Shown here piece after piece: positions 10,885-23,265 of a stretch of DNA of 64,000 nt (positions are counted from its first letter, which is position 1; each line of letters starts with the position of its first letter). Source of the stretch: Kudoa neothunni (taxonomy: Eukaryota; Animalia; Cnidaria); assembly GCA_964304625.1 (NCBI GenBank), contig OZ199838.1, positions 4,857,489-4,921,488 of the forward strand, given 5' to 3'. The position numbers were made by a program, and so were the translations under genes. The notes below the pieces were generated by a model that was given only the letters and a program-made list of their open reading frames with translations, had not been told where the DNA came from and did no database searches.

Positions 10885-13800
10885 ATGACTGACGATTTTG
10901 CCGAGCGTGATCCTTCTATTAAAAGGTCCAGTTCGGATAAACATCGACATGCGAGTTATAAATCACACAAAAGAAACCTTGACACGTCATCCACAACTGA
11001 AGGAAAACGATTCAAACCTAATGAATCGGCCGTAGGACGAAAAAATCAAAAATCCAATTCTCCAAAAGATCATGTATCAATGAGAAACGAATCGGTACAT
11101 TCGACAAGAAGTGAAAAAAAGAAAACCGGTCACAATTCATCTTCCGCCACCACTAAATCTCATAGTGGAAAAAGTGATTCTGGTTCCAAAAAAAAATCAT
11201 CAGGTAATGTCCCAACAACTACATCAACATTTTCTTCGAAGTATGATGATAAAAGAAAAAAATCAACTTCTTTCTTTGAGACTATCCACAATTCGATCAC
11301 TTCCAAGCATTATGCCTTAGAAGAAAAATTACTCAACTCAGGCAGCGATAGCAGTACCGAGGAGGGCACCACCATGAAAATGAATTTGGACGACGAATTG
11401 TTTCGAGATATTCTGCTAGAAGAACAACTACTCGAAACTTCCAATACGGTGATAATTAGTTTTATCGTTACTTGGTAAAACGGAAATCTAAACTTTTTTG
11501 AACAGGTGAGGGAAGAGACTGCTCAAAGTGAAAAATATGGGAACGTTAAAAACACCTCTAATTATACATCGACTATTTCGTCTACTTCGTTCACCTCGTC
11601 TATGGCTGTTCCTCCTAATAATGTAAATGATGTGCCAACTTCTCCACCAACTCCTCCTCCACCACCACTTAAACCCCCCTCGCCTCCGGCTCCACCAGGT
11701 ATCATTAATCAAATGGCAAAGTGTATAAGTATTATTGTTGTTGTTGTTTTAGCTGATATCAGTTCAAATGGAGCTCTTCCATCATACATGAATGCTGTCG
11801 AAAGTGTCGAGATAGCTGAATGTTCTGACATGGATATATCCGAAGTTTCGGCACATACACCTGAAAGCAACTCGACGAACAATGAAAGTGAAGACGATCA
11901 ATTGTATCTTCTATCGTTAGCCAAACCTGTCAGGATTGTCCCAAATGAATTTCCTGGTGGTGTGGCTCCACACAACATAATGCAGCCTCGCTTTCCACCA
12001 ACTTTTGTCGCTCCTCCGCCTCCTCCTCCCCCGCCGTTTTCGCAACCAGCAAATTTTATGCCCATTCCACCTCAACCAATCAACCCTTACGCTAACAGTA
12101 TAATTCAAGTCAACTAATATTGTTTGTTTGATTGTTTGTTTGGTGGATTTAGGTTTTTCATACCCACCGAATGTTCCTGTGGGTGGCCAACCCCTTCAAC
12201 CTCAACAGGTAAATTTCATTTGGTTTTTTGATTTTATGTGTGTATGCATAGGCATTTCAGCACTCTTCTGTGCCACCATTTGTCCCTGGTTCCAATACAA
12301 TGATGGCTCCAATTCATCATCATCCCTTCAATCCAACACCTAATCCCGTTCCTCATCCTCATGCGATGCGAGTGGCTCCGGCAGAACCTCCTCCCATTCC
12401 ACATATAAATAAAAATCCAACTTTTCAACCCCAATACAACAACTATAGAATGTCACATCAACCCCATATTAACTATTCTGCGTTAAATCGCCCCAACATT
12501 TCAACTATTCCAACCGGTGGCGGCGAACCTCAGTTTCTACTCAAAACCAACAACCATCCTCCTATTGTCAACAGCAACAATAATAATAATTTACTCTACC
12601 CTAACAACTACTATGGAAATGGTAATGTTGCCGCTATGCCGCCCGCCAATTGTAATCCACCACCATCACATCCAACCGTAAATGCAAGCCCCTCACAAAA
12701 CCCACAACTCAACTGTTACCTATCTCCTCTCGGCAACAATAACGACAAAAATATAGAAGCGGCTGCGACAATCACCTTACCAAATCATGTCAATCAACCA
12801 CCAATAGTGATCAGCCCACAAAAAGATGCGTTTGATTTGTTGCCTACTGTTGCGAAAGATTACATCAACCTTAACCACACTGACAGTACTGGAAAAACTA
12901 TGGCAGCTGAAACCATTTATAGGGATTATCATAAGAATTGGAGTGGCATATCGAGAATTTGGGGGGAAAGAAGTTTAAATTCGTTTGAAATTGTGTGTCA
13001 AGTTGGAGAAGGAACCTACGGCAAGGTGTACCGATCGAAAGATTTGTTTAGAGATGAGATCGTTGCGTTGAAAAAGATTCGCAATAATTTCGACCATGAA
13101 GGTTTCCCAATCACCGCCGTGCGTGAAATTAAAATACTTAGACAGTTGTGTCATCCTAATATTGTTAAATTGCGTGATGTAATATCGGACAAAAGCAATG
13201 TATCTGATTTTTTAACCAGCCCAGGTAGATGATAATTTGTTGTGATACACCACATGCTGTTGATCAATTGATATTCTCGTGGTTAATATGTCTAATACGT
13301 CACTTGTAGGTGCATTCTATCTTGTTTTCGAATACATGGAGCATGATTTGCTGGGTGTGTTGGAGTCGTGTAAAGTGACATTCAGTAATTTGCAAATCCA
13401 ATCACTATTCAAACAACTCATGGAAGCGCTGAATTATTGTCACAATCGCAACTTTTTACATCGTGATCTCAAATGTTCTAATATCCTATTGAACAATAAG
13501 TAATTTGTTGATAGCTCAGCGACAAATACTCAATTCGCATATCGTTGTTAATACTTGTTCTGAGTAGCAATTTATTTTAGAGGGGTGTTGAAATTGGCCG
13601 ATTTCGGATTGGCCAGGTTGTACGAAAGTGAAGGCCGTCCATACACCAACAAAGTTATCACACTGTGGTATCGCCCACCTGAGTTGTTGTTCGGCCAAGA
13701 ACGTTATGGCCCTTATGTGGATATTTGGAGTGCCGGATGTATTCTCGGGGAACTGTTCACCAAACGCCCCATACTTTCCGGCAATAAAGAAATTGTACAG

Positions 13801-14556
13801 CTCGATCGAATTTTGTAACCAACCACTACAATTGTTGCTGAGTTACTGATTTCTTTTGGTAGTAAATTGTGTGGATCACCGACTATCAAATGTTGGCCTG
13901 ATGTCATTCATCTTCCACTCTATCAAATGATGAAACCCAGTGCTATTTATCCTCGCAAATTGAGAAATCATTTCCAATTGTATGCCACGCTATTTGTGGT
14001 TATACAACAATAACCCAATCCTCATATAGTTTACCACCTGATGCTATCGATCTAATGGATCAGATGCTTCAGTTGGACCCCCACAAACGTATCACCTCAA
14101 AAGAAATTTTGCAATCGAATTTTTTAATTGATATCGATCCTTCTAAAATTGAACCTCCTAAGTATCATATTGACTTATTTCGTTATACATATATATACAA
14201 CTTCTGACAGATTCCCTGAGTCTGAACATTTTCACGAACTTTTGTATAAAAAAAGATCAAAAATGAAGAATTCCGAGAATCAAAAAAATGAGGCGGGATC
14301 TAGTATGTTACATTGTTTTATTGCATCATTTATTGTAGCTCTAATGAATTTATACGCATAAATTAATTGGTTAATTAATAAATTGATAATTAATAAAAAT
14401 ATTATTTTGTGAGGCCTCTAAGTTTTTGGAATTTTCTATTGAATATTAATGACATATTGTTAAGATAAAACCGATGTCAGGGACCCTCCAAATTCACAAC
14501 ATGCAACTTCGCGACTCAATGCTGGTTCCTCTGATTATCAAAGGCTTCAAAATTAG
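10885..14556 (+). CDS. CDK12: Cyclin-dependent kinase 12/13-like; multi-exon
   Basis: [44 protein letters not shown] and [16 protein letters not shown], with a long K/S-rich then Pro-rich N-terminus. Alternative start at 10822; alternative stop at 14361. Confidence 0.93.
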
Positions 14557-14777
14557 AGATGTCTATTAGATTAGATTCAGTGAAATGTAATTGTAACTTT
14601 ACTGTGTATAGGTTTGTACTTTGATTTTTTCTTTCCGCTCAAATCATAATGCTAATTAAACTAAGGGTTGTTTATTATAAATTCATTAATTTTTATTTCT
14701 GTTTGAATGAAAGCAAGTTCAAAAAATCATTAATTTCACTCGCTAAGTAAAATGGGATCCGTTTAGACTAGTGTTTC

Positions 14778-14850
14778 CCGACATGTACCCCACGCTCCGC
14801 CGTTGGGACGTGGAAAAATGTTGGATGTGCTTGGAAAATCCTGAGGATTG
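14778..14850 (+). mobile_element. hAT-like terminal remnant
   Basis: tagtgtttcccgacatg (from ~14769) resembles the TIR cagtgtttccctacatg at 39077. No partner end found. Confidence 0.35.
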
Positions 14851-15031
14851 ATGTAACAAATAAGTAATGGTGAGATAATTGGGAAGTGTGGGGCACATTG
14901 AAATCACTACTTAGATTTTTGATATTGTTTATTTTTAAATGACCATGAACGTTAAACAATACTAAAATCAGTTTGGCTTTAATTCCAATCATGCCACATT
15001 TGTAATCATCTTACTTATTTTTTATTTTAAA

Positions 15032-15997
15032 TTAGTGCGAACTGTCCAGCTTCGCACGGGATTGAGAAAATTTCATCATAGAAGAATACGATCAAAAAAT
15101 AAAGAAATATAAGACTCTTGATTAGCCCTGAAGAGAGATTAAATAAATCTTTTTTTTTATATATCATACTTTTAACGAGTGTCATGGCACAGTAAAAAAT
15201 TGAGATCTTTTTAGAGAGATAATGAATGTAGCAAAACCTGAATAACTTACGATAATTAATTTTTATTGCTCAAATTAATATCTTTACCCGACACATTTTC
15301 ATACACTCTCTCCTCAAAACTGTTGTGTAGCCTCTTAATATAAACAAAAATATGTTAAATAATTAGATAAAGTGAGATTTCAATCTATACATTAACTCTT
15401 ATCGCTTAAATTAAGTCTAACGGTCGCTATAATGAAATTTGGGGACCGAGTTTCAGTAAGTACAGATTGAATCCATCTGATTACAACATACATTTCCAAT
15501 TCTTTATTAATTTAGAAAATTCGCATATTTTTGCTATATTAAATGTCACCTATAGAACTTTTAAAGTGTACCTATCAAGCCAAATATATTAAAAGTTCTA
15601 AAAGTAAGGAGTCTATTTAAGCACACATCCAAGTGAGCACATCTACTTTAAATGTACAGATAGATAAACGATATAAGATGTATCATGAAATCATGTACAT
15701 ATAGCTTAAGATTGAACCCCTTAAAACTTTCTTGATAACTTGTAGAATTTAAGTATATGTAAACATCAATATGAAAAAGCTAAAGTGATCCTATTATTGA
15801 AAACATATAATCCGCTGAACCAACCTAAAACCGATAACAACACAATTATCTATATGTTTTATGAACTTCTGTCAATGTAATAACAAATAAAAGAATTTTC
15901 AAATTATCTTTACCTATTAAAAGTTACATAAATATCTATCTATAAGGAAAAAAATTCCGGCACATACACAAACACACCGACAGTGCCCTTTTATATA
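15032..15997 (-). mobile_element. Non-autonomous Helitron-like element, copy 1
   Basis: Minus-strand 3' end cccgtgcgaagctggac...ctaa|t (GC-rich hairpin plus degenerate CTAG); 5' end tatatataaaag preceded on the + strand by a CA-rich tract. The distal ~450 bp align with 17350-17772. Confidence 0.6.
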
Positions 15998-16005
15998 TAC
16001 TAGCA

Positions 16006-16724
16006 CAGTGGTGGGTACTATTTTTGGTTCTGGTGGTCACATTGGCTCATTACAAGAGCTTGGAGGGCCGCATTGTTGCTTAAATGTTTTCTGAGAACTT
16101 AAATACCTAATGGTGGTTTTTCTAACATTTTTGGTACAATAAAAAAGTTTGCGTATAAATTAATTTAAAAAGGAACTAAATAATTTTTAAAAAATAGAAA
16201 TTCGGTGATCGGCATATTATTGCAAGTTTCGATCGAAATAATAGATTTTATCGCTTTTCAAATATGTTAATAAGATTTTTTTAAACTCGGCGAATGTAAT
16301 GGAAAATATGGATATGGTTCTTATTGCGTCAAACCTAATTTATGTATGAGTATCGCATCCTCACATGTTTTTCTGCTATTTAGCTATTTTTAGATTCTTT
16401 TTATTGGGAATTGAATCTCGTGTATCATTCTTTCTGAAGTTTATGACGTGATTTTGTTTTAAGGGCGTATTAGATCTTATCTCATTCACATTTACATATG
16501 ATAATCATGGGTAAAACATCAGATAATAAAATCGCGTAAAATTAAAGTTTACAAATCCATAATATTCATCAAAAGGTTGTTTATTTATCTGTTCACGGAA
16601 GATAAATGCTGTATTGGTGTTCCTAGATTTTGAAAACATCTACATGCTCGCGCAAATTTCAGCCTCATAAACCCGTCCGCGGGCCGCGCAAAATTTATTC
16701 GGGGGCCTCACTTTCCCCACCTTG
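16006..16724. mobile_element. hAT non-autonomous element
   Basis: Ends cagtggtggg / cccaccttg; perfect 8-bp TSD tactagca at 15998-16005 and 16725-16732. Confidence 0.85.
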
Positions 16725-16736
16725 TACTAGCATATA

Positions 16737-17772
16737 CTAGCGGGAACTGCTCAGCGTTGCTTGGGAATTTTTACGCCTGGAGGCGTTTTTTAATAGAATT
16801 CAAAAAATATATTGAAGAATCGAATTAACTCATCCAAACAAAATAACTAAAAATTTTTAAGCAACATACTATAACGATTTGGATTATGAAATTAAAATTA
16901 TGACCATTTCTTCCAAAGAGTGTACCAATCTCGTTAAAGTGTTATTTAAAGCGTTATTTTTTGGTCCGATGGGGGAACTGTGTGCACCACAAACTTTTAG
17001 GATATAAAAAAATAGAAAAAGTAATAGATGTAGAAGAAAACGTATGAATATTAATTGATATTGCTAAAATTAGCATCGCTCGGTCCTGCATAAACATTAG
17101 TGCATTATTCCCAAACAAACGGCTAAAAATCGCTTCAATATCAACATAAATAATTTATATAATTAGTTGAAGTAAGAGTACAACCATTTGCATTGAATTT
17201 AATCAATGGAAGTTAAACTTAGCGGACGGTTTCAATGAAATCTACGGACGCAGTATTTCCTTTCTAAAGCTTCAATCAATATGATTTTAACGGTTTCCAC
17301 CAATTCGTTATTCCTTAAACATATATAGATTTTTTATCACATCTAAAACCATTAATAGAACCTTCAAAGTGTGTTTATCCAGTCAAATACGTTAAAACTC
17401 CACAAATAAGGAGTGAATTTGCTCAAACAACCAAGTAGAACCGCCAACATTACATAAAAAGTCAGATGATATCGCTCGATTTAAATTTGACAAAGCATAT
17501 ATAGGGGAAAATTAACTCCAACTAACCATCAGCAGGTCGTAAGCATGTGTTAATCCTATTGTTGAACTGAAGTAATCCGTTAAACAAACTTTGAATCGAT
17601 AAAATCACCATTTTTTAAACACTTTTGAAAATATTTGTATTGTGAAAACGATTTAAAGTTAATTTTGAAACCTTGTGATTTTTGAAAAATTTCATAAATG
17701 TCTCTCTATAAGGGAAAAATTTGGTCGCGCTTGCGTACTTGCAGATACACACACTTCACCTTTATATATATA
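16737..17772 (-). mobile_element. Non-autonomous Helitron-like element, copy 2
   Basis: Minus-strand 3' end cccaagcaacgctgag...CTAG|T; 5' end tatatatataaagg; internal similarity to copy 1. Confidence 0.65.
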
Positions 17773-18429
17773 ACGGATGGAATATAGAATAGATTGATTA
17801 CGTCAAAACTATGGTGACATTTAACGGGCGGATAGCTAAGAGCCTGCACGAAGTTTAATCTTACTACATGTCAACCAGACTACCAAACCGTCTCCAATAT
17901 CATGCAAAACCCGAAATTGCATTGATGATGAGAAATATTCTTCACTGATTAGCAATAGCGTAAAAATGCTATTAAAAATAATTTGGTGATTTGTTTTAGT
18001 TCAAAGTGTTGGGATTACATAGAACGTGCACATGCACTTCTATTTTTAGTTTTAAAACATATTGTATGGCTCTCGTGGAATTAGGTTTAAAAAATATGTG
18101 GCTCTCTCATTAAAAAAGATTCCCGACCCTAATCTAAATTATCGCATTGTAAAAATAATGACAAGTTTTAAAACAAATCAATTAATATAGAAAGATAAAA
18201 TTTACAGGGTTTAACGTGCTAATTAGATTAAATCTTCGTAGAATTTCCTCATTCAAAAATAAAACTAGGAGTTAAAATTTTCTATCACACAGTACCAGAC
18301 AAAGCTGGGCATTAGCGCAAGTTATTAATATGGGGAATGAAATGAAATTGTTACACACAAAACATGACTGCTCGACACTAGGATCAATATAACAAAATGC
18401 GCTTGCGAGCATAGATAATGCGTACTACA

Positions 18430-19679
18430 AGGGTACTACTAAGACTTAAAAAATCGATGATCATCAACCCTCGAAATTTCGAGGATATAAGGATTATCTT
18501 CCAGTTCGAGGAGACTAAGTCAATGTATTAACAAGATTGTGTGATTCGTTTACAGTGGATTTTTGTAATCAATGTTAGGAGAAATTTTCTTATAAAATTT
18601 CAGAAGTGCATTATTGTTTTGACTAAACTATTTATCTTTTTTAAATATCAGCTAAATTACAGTATCTGTGTAGAACTTTGGGCGTTGTCGCATAAAAAAT
18701 CGGAAATAAAGTCGTTTCCTACAATTCTTCCTGTTAATTCACGCCTTTTTCAAAAGTTTTTTCATTTTGAACCTTATCACAAAAAATTACATTATGTAGT
18801 TAATTAAATTCAGCTCAAAAAGAATTAACCTATAAATTGGAATAAATCTTAGGTCGAACACGTTCGGATTCACGTGGAATTTCTGTTGTTGATAAATACA
18901 TCAAAAAAATTATTGTTTCTCTATAATTTTAACAAATTCAAAGTCGTTAATTGTTCACAGATTTTTTTTATTTGTATCTGTTTGTAATCAGTTTGAAATG
19001 TTCAATCTTTACTTCGCATTTTAAACACAGAACTTTCTGATTTATTCTATTCAAAATTAGAACAAAGAAGTTTCAATTTAACTATGGTATAACTTAATGT
19101 TGTATTTAGTTTATAAATTTTTTCCCGTAGTTTATTAATGATGAAAAAAATGTTACAACAATATTTGTTACAAAATTCAAGCATGAAAATTTTTAATTTA
19201 TTTTATTAAGTTATTTTGTTATTTAAATTTATTAAGTAATTATAAACAAAAATACTAAATAATTATTTTTCAATTAAAATTAACATTAACATTAAAGTAG
19301 AGTAAGCGTTATTAATCCAAATATACGATTTTTAAGCATTTTAAATAAAATCAACAATGGATGTTAAAAAGTCCAAAGCTTTGTTTTATTATCTTGTTTT
19401 GGAATATAAAGTGAAATATTATGTCATATTTCAGAATCTACTTCAATATTTTGGAGTGGTTGAATGTTTCAAGCGTTTTAACCTAATATAATTGATTTAC
19501 TGAGATGTATTATTTATCAAAATGTTTGTAAAAATTAGTATTAACCACTAAAAGTTGGAATCATGAAATCTCTATCCAAATTCTTAATAATCTTCAATTC
19601 AACACATAATCACCCTCGTTTTTTAAAAAATTTCCCTCGACACTCTGCCCTCGATTTTTTAAAGGCCTAGTTATTACCC
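18430..19679. mobile_element. Degenerate TIR element, superfamily unclear
   Basis: gggtactactaagacttaaaaaatcgatg matches the reverse complement of ctcgattttttaaaggcctagttattaccc; repeated ccctcg motifs near both ends. Confidence 0.5.
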
Positions 19680-19727
19680 ACCTAAAAGTTTTGTCTCAAA
19701 AAAGTGCGTAGTATCCCTGCATTACTG

Positions 19728-19748
19728 TATATATATATATATATATAT
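19728..19748. repeat. (TA)n microsatellite
   Basis: About 10 uninterrupted TA units. Confidence 0.9.
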
Positions 19749-20259
19749 GAATAATTGAAACAAAGGAAAACTATATATTCTAAAAATTTTTGTGAAGAAT
19801 ATATTACAGTTAAACCTAAAAATATGTGTTTAAAATGGCGCTATTTTTTAAATTTTTGATTGCATATTCTATGGTCATAATTCATGAAAATCATGTTTAA
19901 TTATAGAAAAATTTCTGTAACATTATGAAACTATTTAGAGGAAAATATTCAACATAGAGCGTCTTCTAGGTGCAATTTTTCCCTTGATTGTTTTAATGAA
20001 CATCGGCACGAAAGGACTAAACAATTTAACTCAAGCGATATATTTCAATACGGATGAAAATTGATTTAATTATGCAAATACATAAAGTTGTCCTTATTTT
20101 TTAATACAAAAATTACGTATTGGGTAAAAAAGAATAAACATGTCGTGAAGAAGTCAAAAAATGGGTAGTTGTTTTCCTCGCCCGCACTGGGGTTGATAAA
20201 AAAATCTGAACCTCATGATGTTGTTAAGTTAATAAAATTTAAATGTTTCTGAAATATTT

Positions 20260-21485
20260 AGAAATTCCTCTTCAACGCAATGATAATTTCAACAGTTGGA
20301 TGACTACGGAAATATTTACACAATATCTTATAGATCAGGGCTTCCAGATTGAGGGAGATAATTACCGGGGGTCCGAGACTTATGTCTAGAGTCAACGAAA
20401 AAATTGTACGGCTAAGTATGCTTTGTACGTAATGCATCGATTCCAAATAATCAGATTCTCTCTCGACAATATATCATATGCGATTCGTGCGCAGTCGAAG
20501 CTAAAATAAGTCTGTTAAATAAATAGGCATTTGATGAATTTTACTGAAGATTAATTTATATTTTCAATCTACTATTTATTAGTATATGAAATAAAAATGA
20601 TAATTTGTTCCCCTTTCATTCGTAAATTAATTATTCAGTTTAAAATTTAAATAGAACAACGTAAAAAATTATGAAATATTTACTTTTTGATGGGAAAGAT
20701 AAACGACATAAAAAAGGTTTTAAAATGGATGAATTATTTAAAGTTATATTATTTATCATTTTTAATTTAACTATATGGCGAGAAAAAATTCAAATTTAAT
20801 CAGCGCCATGGTTACGTTATTTAGATTTTATTGTTAAATTATTTTAAATTTTTATACATTAAATTAAAGTCGATTTTCACTCAAAAAATCCATAAATTAA
20901 AACTATGCATTCAAAATTGGGTCAAATATTTAATTTCCTCATTAAATTTCTAATTAAACAACAGACCTACAAAATCCAGAATTTCGCGTAAGCTCAACTA
21001 TTCACATCTGTTATTTTGCACAAAAACATGAACATATCTTGTACCTTTACAAATTATGATTTAGTCATAACTTTATGTGATAAAAAGTCCCATTTTGACC
21101 CAATTATTATCCAAAAATGACAAGAAAAAAAATCCAAAACATTTAATTTATTATCAATTTAATTTATTTTATTCACATTTGTTTTCTTTTTAACGTTATT
21201 TTAATGAAAATATTTTCCTCACCTAAAAATAAATCCATTATAAATCTCTTTTTTGAAAAGGGATGCGGAGTTGCCCTTTTAAGTGATAGGGGGTCCGGAA
21301 ACTAAAATGGATCAGGAAGCGCCGTTATAGATGGAATCAGAAATTGATGTTATCAAATTGTAAATTAATTAAATTTCTAGGTAATTGTTCATAATTTATT
21401 CAGATCAAAACCTTTAAAACATAACTTGTTGAAAAATTTTCTCTAAACTCTACAAGCATGTCACAATCCTCAGGTTTAGGTCAAG
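20260..21485 (+). pseudogene. pogo/Tigger DDE transposase relic split by a hAT insertion
   Basis: Removing 20336-21324 joins NSWMTTEIFTQYL to (frameshift) WNQKLMLSNCKLIKFLGNCS and NSTSMSQ. This matches the pogo DDE_1 pattern AWMT..IF..WL...KILL..DNC...PPNTTS.LQP. Confidence 0.6.
20336..21324. mobile_element. hAT non-autonomous element
   Basis: Imperfect TIRs cagggcttccagatt / gatcaggaagcgccg; perfect 8-bp TSD ttatagat at 20328-20335 and 21325-21332. Confidence 0.85.
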
Positions 21486-22335
21486 GCTGCTCAGTAATTT
21501 CAGTCATTTACAATAAGCACTGAATGGGAAAACCAATATAGGGAATGGAGCTAAATTATGGCGGATATTTCTTACCAAATATTGCAGAAACATTATTTTG
21601 TAATAAAAAATTCAGTGAAATGGCTACAAACTACATTATTAATGGTTTCAAGCACCCTTTATTTCGTTTGTTCAATAAAGTAAAGTATTCTTTCCAACGA
21701 ATGCTCACCTGATCTGAAAATTCTGAGAAATTTGGAATTAGAATCACTCTCATACATATGAAAATATTTTAAAATAAGAAGACCCAAGATGCTATGAGAA
21801 ATAACAAAACTCGAATATGAATTTATCGATATATCAGAATTTAATTCCAAATCCGGAGAGATAATAAATTATTTTAAAAAAATTGATAATACATTTTATT
21901 GATCTTTCTTGAATAATTATAAAAATTAATTTCTAAAGTTTGGCGCATGTATCAAGTTAAGGATATTACTCAATTATGAGTGTTTCTTAATAATTTTTAT
22001 ATCCTATTAGGTTACAAAAAATCCATAAGTCAATGTAACTTATGATCTGTGGGCACCCATTGGAACATTTTATAAAATCAATAAGTAAAAAGTTTTCAGT
22101 AGCTTTTTCCTGATTCTGGGGGGATTATGGGAAATTGATCACCCACAGTATAAATATTGTACCGTTTAATCAATAAATATTTTATCTTGATTCCTTAAAC
22201 ATATCGATCATTTAAATTATATGTTTAACATAAAGCTGACGCAAAAAATAATGAGCTCGAAAACAACCAAAAGTTAACACGTTGTATTAAGGGTTTCATG
22301 TAACGATAATATTGATAGTGTTTCCATAGTGGAGA

Positions 22336-23265
22336 TTATAGCATGAGATTCAATCTATTACTCAGAACTCTTCTATTTGAATATCTTTCCCAAGGATTTC
22401 TTATGAGGGGTCCCTAAAATCAAAAATTAAATTTCAATATCTGATCGAAGTAATTTTTCATTATTTTTTATGATCTTATTTATCATTATAACTACAATAA
22501 TTCGTTTTAATCTCTCAGAAATTATTCGATTAAGATAGTTATTTTTATATAGGTACCTTGCAGTAGTTTTTCGATATATCACGACAAAATCTCTCTTTCT
22601 ATAAGAAATAGATAAAATTACCATTTAATTTAATTTTAATAAATAATTTGTTTCTTAACTATAATAATATCTTAAATATACAATAGTAACAGAACCATTG
22701 ATTTGTTTTGTGACATTGACACAGTGTTGATATTCGACCCCCTTTTATTAGATCAGAAAATAATCTATAAATGGGTTTCTTACGATACACGCTGTAGTAA
22801 TTTCTGGATATTTGAAATAATATACTAAAAATATTTTAAACAAGTTTTTTCTTGCCATTTTTACTTGTGTTCCTATGACATACAGCATAAAATCTGCAAA
22901 CACCAACAGATGGTGAGAGATCGTACATGAAACCTGTATTGTTTGAAATAGCCGCCATGATAAAGTAGCTCTATATATACATTTGATTGCATTGAACATT
23001 TATTTTTCACTTGTGAATGGTTTGATGGGTACAGGTTTCTTAAATAATGTAAGGATTCGTTTAGCTGTTGAATTGCTGCTGGTCTCAAGTCAAACTACAG
23101 ACAAATGTTTAAAAAATGCACTAACTGGATAACGAATATGCCATATTACTTGAATAGCTTGAATATTAGCCGTTCCACTTATCGCTACATCTAAGTCTAA
23201 TCAATGGAGTTATTTTAACGTGAAATACAAAGAAAAACTAAGCCAAGTGCCAACGAACAGCCCAT
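22336..23265 (-). CDS. Orphan secreted Cys-rich glycoprotein, 164 aa, 8 exons
   Basis: Exons 23265-23229, 23196-23150, 23094-23011, 22970-22865, 22824-22784, 22741-22682, 22598-22557 and 22413-22336 are all phase-compatible, stop-free and GT-AG. N-terminus MGCSLALGLVFLYLDVAISG is signal-peptide-like; there are 6 further Cys and 5 NxS/T sequons. Both ends of the model are less certain. Confidence 0.7.

Noticed and set aside
15126-15156. ctgaagag plus hairpin as a hammerhead ribozyme
   Set aside because: No GAAA follows the stem and helices I and III are absent.
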